Origin: an uncultured virus (IMG/VR IMGVR_UViG_3300025408_000065)
Taxonomy: Duplodnaviria; Heunggongvirae; Uroviricota; Caudoviricetes
Length of the DNA: 64,000 bases
IMG/VR virus record: IMGVR_UViG_3300025408_000065
Direction: 5' to 3' (one strand)
Part shown: piece after piece, positions 60,483 to 64,000 of the stretch
Layout of the letters: each line of letters begins with the position of its first letter
How positions within the stretch are numbered: the first letter of the stretch is position 1
Position numbers and translations under genes: made by a program
Notes under the pieces: generated by a model
What the model saw: the letters and a program-made list of their open reading frames with translations, nothing else
Databases searched by the model: none
What the model was told of the DNA's origin: nothing

Positions 60483-61508
60483 CTATTTTTTGGATAAGAG
60501 CAAATCGATTTTATCGACTATTTGATCATAAGTGATAATTTCACAGTCCTTGTTGTTATACTTTACTACATTGAAATTCAACCTAATAAGTTTTTCATCA
60601 AGATTGTGATTTTGAACTTCTTTAGTTAAATTCCCAATTAATAAAAATGACTTCACAAAAACTTTTTCTGGATTTCTTTCTGAAGCAGATATCATATTTC
60701 TTTGCATGTTTGTTTGCTGAATCGAATTTGAGAACTCATCTGTTAATTCACATGTGTTGTTGCGATAAGTGGTTTTCTTAAAAAGTTTAACATCTTCTCG
60801 TTTTAATTCAACAACATTTGAAAAATTAACTGTATCATTTAGCATTATATCAGCTCTATTGGTTGGGTACCCCTCAACATCAATGATAAACTGAAATTCT
60901 GCAGTTCCATTGGTTCCTGGCATAATTAGTGGTAAAAATCTTCTATATTTCTTTAAAACTCGTTCAATATTGTGCTCATTACCTGAAAAGGATGTTAACA
61001 GTTCGGCTTTAAAGTTCTCAAGTAGTTTGTGCCTTGTTTTTAGCTCAGTTCCAAAAACCAAATCTTCATCTAGTTCTAGAGTTTCGAAGACTTCTAAATA
61101 CTGTTTCAATCTGGAATTCATATTTCCAATCCTAATGTAAGTTTTTGATGAATCATACTCAAAATCAAAACACTCGAATGAGATTTCTTCAAAAGTTCTT
61201 TTAGTAATGCGTTCCATTATACCAGATTCAATATTGACAATTTCTCTTAATAAATCAGTGTGAAAAGGAAATTTTTTCTGAGATAGTCTCTGCACTAACT
61301 TCGGCTTGAACGATCCATCAACACCTTGTTGCAGCTCAACAATGGTTATTCCCACAAAGTATCTCTTCTCAATTTCTTTTTGTGATTTATCTTCAGTAAT
61401 ATATGGGTCTATTGATACATATGTGTCTTTATTTTTCGTAATATACGGCTGAGAACATCGATATACATTTGCGTTTATCTTTTTAAACTTGAATATTTCC
61501 ATCCTCAT
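60483..61508 (-). CDS. sduA: Shedu (DUF4263) anti-phage nuclease
   Basis: RADIML, VVELK, SIQQ, LLIG, IITYDQI motifs. Confidence 0.78.
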   Translation of the reverse strand: MRMEIFKFKKINANVYRCSQPYITKNKDTYVSIDPYITEDKSQKEIEKRYFVGITIVELQQGVDGSFKPKLVQRLSQKKFPFHTDLLREIVNIESGIMERITKRTFEEISFECFDFEYDSSKTYIRIGNMNSRLKQYLEVFETLELDEDLVFGTELKTRHKLLENFKAELLTSFSGNEHNIERVLKKYRRFLPLIMPGTNGTAEFQFIIDVEGYPTNRADIMLNDTVNFSNVVELKREDVKLFKKTTYRNNTCELTDEFSNSIQQTNMQRNMISASERNPEKVFVKSFLLIGNLTKEVQNHNLDEKLIRLNFNVVKYNNKDCEIITYDQIVDKIDLLLSKK

Positions 61509-61545
61509 ACCTCATTGAATACTTTCCACATATAATTAATAAATA

Positions 61546-63051
61546 CTATTTTTGATTATGATACAAATTGTAGTGTTCCTGAATTTTGGAATAAACTTCT
61601 GCAACATCAAAATCATCATCATTAGAAATCTTTTGAAGTGTATTTTCCAATAGATCTTTTAATCTTTTAATTGAATAGTCCAACTCTAATATACCCACAC
61701 TAGAATTCCAAGCTTCATCATCATTGAGTATATTTTCACTATTTATTTTAGCTTTGTGATTAGAGTGGTATAACTGAATAATTTCTTCTACAATACTATC
61801 TGGAAATTTTGGTATTAAGATATCTTCCCAGTAATTTTTTCCAAGACTTCCACCTTGTCCACCTACAGTAAAATGATCGTAAAATCCCCAATCTTTGTAA
61901 AATCTTAAAATGCATGAAACATATGCTGATAAGGAAATGTTAGAATGGTTTGGTGACAGTACTATACCATGAATATTCGTGATCCATTTTTCTCCAGTGT
62001 TTGTGAATAGCACACATTTTCCTACTGTTCCTTCAGCAGAAAACACAATATCTCCATCTCTTAAGGTTTGCAAATCGTTCTTATTACCCAAATATTCATA
62101 GTCTGCAACAGTTCCATAATCCGTAAAATTTGTGGGTTTTATTACTGTGTAAAAATTGGGTTTTGCATGATTTGAATAAACACTTTTTCCAATATTGGTG
62201 ACCTGCAAATTCTGACCACGTTTCATCTTATAACCAAGCTGATCTAGTGTATTAAAACCAAATTCATACTCTCGAATGAGTGCTTTTTGATACTTTGCTT
62301 TTCTGCTATAATATGATGCATCTATTCTGTTAGCCTCAATCAACTCTTTAAAATGAGTTTTTGAAAACTCAACATCAAATGGATTTGCTCCATTTCTAAC
62401 CAATTCATCAAGTATTACTTCTTTAATTTTCAAGTGATTTTGTTGGATTTTTTTCTCTTTTGAAACAATCATTTGAACAAGTTCTTCTACAATCTTTATT
62501 TTCAAATCCTTATTAAATGTAGGAAAGGGAACTAAGCAATGTAAAAATTTTGTTCCTGCATGCCTAATCGTCGCACCTTTTGGAACTAGTGCATCGAGTT
62601 GCTTTTTAAACATTTTACTTTTTAAATATGCAAAAACATATAATTTATTCTTATCAATTGGTAGTCTATATAAAGCCCCGCAGGGCATGTAATTATTTAA
62701 ATCCTCTGGGACTAAAACGCATTCACCGACATTGGAATCTTTTGATATCAGAAGGTCTCCAGCGCGCAATTTATAATCGATGAATGCCTTCATATTCATA
62801 GGAACTGCCCCCTCGCCATCAAGGATTGGAATGAATTTATCCGGTTGCAGTGCCTTAGCTTTAATAAAGTAATAATTTGATTTTGTCATATAACTTGCTG
62901 TTCCAACATCAAAACCATTATCAGATTTATCTAATCTCCTGCTTAGCAAATTAGAAAGAGGAAAATGCATCGCTTTTCCTAATTCACTCTTATGCAAAAC
63001 AGATGGCGATAACATTGAAGTGCCTGCTGTCAAATCTGTATATTTAATCAT
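61546..63051 (-). CDS. Restriction-modification specificity subunit
   Basis: Two TRD-like halves (GDLLISKDSNVG, GDIVFSAEGTVG); RIDASYY. Confidence 0.8.
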   Translation of the reverse strand: MIKYTDLTAGTSMLSPSVLHKSELGKAMHFPLSNLLSRRLDKSDNGFDVGTASYMTKSNYYFIKAKALQPDKFIPILDGEGAVPMNMKAFIDYKLRAGDLLISKDSNVGECVLVPEDLNNYMPCGALYRLPIDKNKLYVFAYLKSKMFKKQLDALVPKGATIRHAGTKFLHCLVPFPTFNKDLKIKIVEELVQMIVSKEKKIQQNHLKIKEVILDELVRNGANPFDVEFSKTHFKELIEANRIDASYYSRKAKYQKALIREYEFGFNTLDQLGYKMKRGQNLQVTNIGKSVYSNHAKPNFYTVIKPTNFTDYGTVADYEYLGNKNDLQTLRDGDIVFSAEGTVGKCVLFTNTGEKWITNIHGIVLSPNHSNISLSAYVSCILRFYKDWGFYDHFTVGGQGGSLGKNYWEDILIPKFPDSIVEEIIQLYHSNHKAKINSENILNDDEAWNSSVGILELDYSIKRLKDLLENTLQKISNDDDFDVAEVYSKIQEHYNLYHNQK

Positions 63052-63062
63052 TTAATAACCAC

Positions 63063-64000
63063 CTACTTTGCAAAAATATCATACAACGGTTGTTCTTGTG
63101 CTTTACACCAATCTCTAAACTCTCTAACAATTGTGGTAAACTCTTCATCTAACACTGGATTTCCATCATTATCAATTTCAACATCAAAAGTCTTATCATT
63201 TATTTTATAAATTGGATTGTAGTATTTAACGCGTTTGTTTGTACGAACTTCATAACCTATTTTTTCAATTTTCCTTGTAAATACATCGTAATTCAGCTTC
63301 TGCAGTTTTGACAAATCTTTTTTGTCTGGTTTATATGCAACAATTATAGTAGTATTTACACCAGTATCTGCAAATATATTTGATGGCAAATCAAATAGCG
63401 CTACAATTCGCATGTTTTTTAGCAGCCATTCGCGAGTTTTTTCCCATCTATCAATCGATGCAATTGAATTAGATAATACAATACCTATCCTTCCATTGGT
63501 GTCCAAAATTCTGTATGCATTTTCTAAAAATATTATTCCTGGGTCTATCCAATTACCGCATCTAGAGATATTCCAAAGTTCATACATCTCAAGCAATTCT
63601 TTGTCTTTTGCAGTATTAGCTTCAATCTTTCTATCTTCTCCGAATGGTGGATTAGTCAGGACAATATCAAATTTTTTCAATTTTGTTTGATCTTTCCATT
63701 GATCCCAATTTCCATTTTTGTGAATTGAGGGTATAAGATTGACTAGTTCATTTCTATCATCAAATTTCCATGTAATAGAACCCCAATTAGGTTTATATTT
63801 TAATACAGCATTTCCATCACCATTCAGTAACATGTTTAATTGTGCTAACATAATCATATTTTCATCATTATCGCAACCATAGAAATTTCCATCATCAAGA
63901 GTACTCTTAGAGTTGACATATGAAACACTTAAGAAATCCGCAATCCCTGATGTTGGATCAATTATTCTATCATAGTTTCTCGGATTAATGATTTGAACAA
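63063..64000 (-). CDS. N6-adenine DNA methyltransferase (type I M / type IIG), 5'-partial
   Basis: Frame open to the window edge; DPTSGIADFL motif I and LTNPPFG motif IV. Confidence 0.88.
   Translation of the reverse strand, partial: VQIINPRNYDRIIDPTSGIADFLSVSYVNSKSTLDDGNFYGCDNDENMIMLAQLNMLLNGDGNAVLKYKPNWGSITWKFDDRNELVNLIPSIHKNGNWDQWKDQTKLKKFDIVLTNPPFGEDRKIEANTAKDKELLEMYELWNISRCGNWIDPGIIFLENAYRILDTNGRIGIVLSNSIASIDRWEKTREWLLKNMRIVALFDLPSNIFADTGVNTTIIVAYKPDKKDLSKLQKLNYDVFTRKIEKIGYEVRTNKRVKYYNPIYKINDKTFDVEIDNDGNPVLDEEFTTIVREFRDWCKAQEQPLYDIFAK

Larger units (their letters stand above)
20722..64000 (-). mobile_element. Siphovirus-like (HK97-type) prophage with cargo, extending past the window
   Basis: Ordered terminase-portal-protease-capsid-neck-tail-holin genes on the minus strand; left boundary inferred from the att junction. 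Confidence 0.85.

Overview
AT-rich accessory region, probably from a wall-less Acholeplasmatales/Izemoplasmatales-like host (inferred; TGA is used as stop). It reads as a tandem stack of integrated elements. Four copies of a TGCGTGGAGT core (1833, 3911, 18219, 20722) each have a conserved ~100-bp arm, and three of them sit at the head of an orphan 3' end of an RlmD/RumA-type rRNA methyltransferase gene (STHVE[ST]I.LL..*). The units are: a Fic gene left of the first core; (A) an LRR gene with a toxin-like fragment; (B) a ~14-kb copper-resistance island (two-component system, CsoR, CueP, CopB, Lgt, CopA, CopZ) ending in an intact large serine recombinase; (C) a transglutaminase-like + Fic cassette keeping only the last 18 codons of a second recombinase; (D) a >43-kb minus-strand HK97-like siphovirus prophage running off the right edge. 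The prophage has complete packaging, head and tail modules and holin-like genes but no recognisable endolysin. Its cargo includes an RHS/WapA-like toxin-immunity pair flanked by duplicated terminators, two Pol-beta nucleotidyltransferases, a DUF3800 pseudogene, HEPN-like morons, a secreted S1 protease/PadR cassette, MetK with a ParB-methyltransferase, Shedu and a restriction-modification locus. All family calls come from motif recognition by eye; no searches were run.
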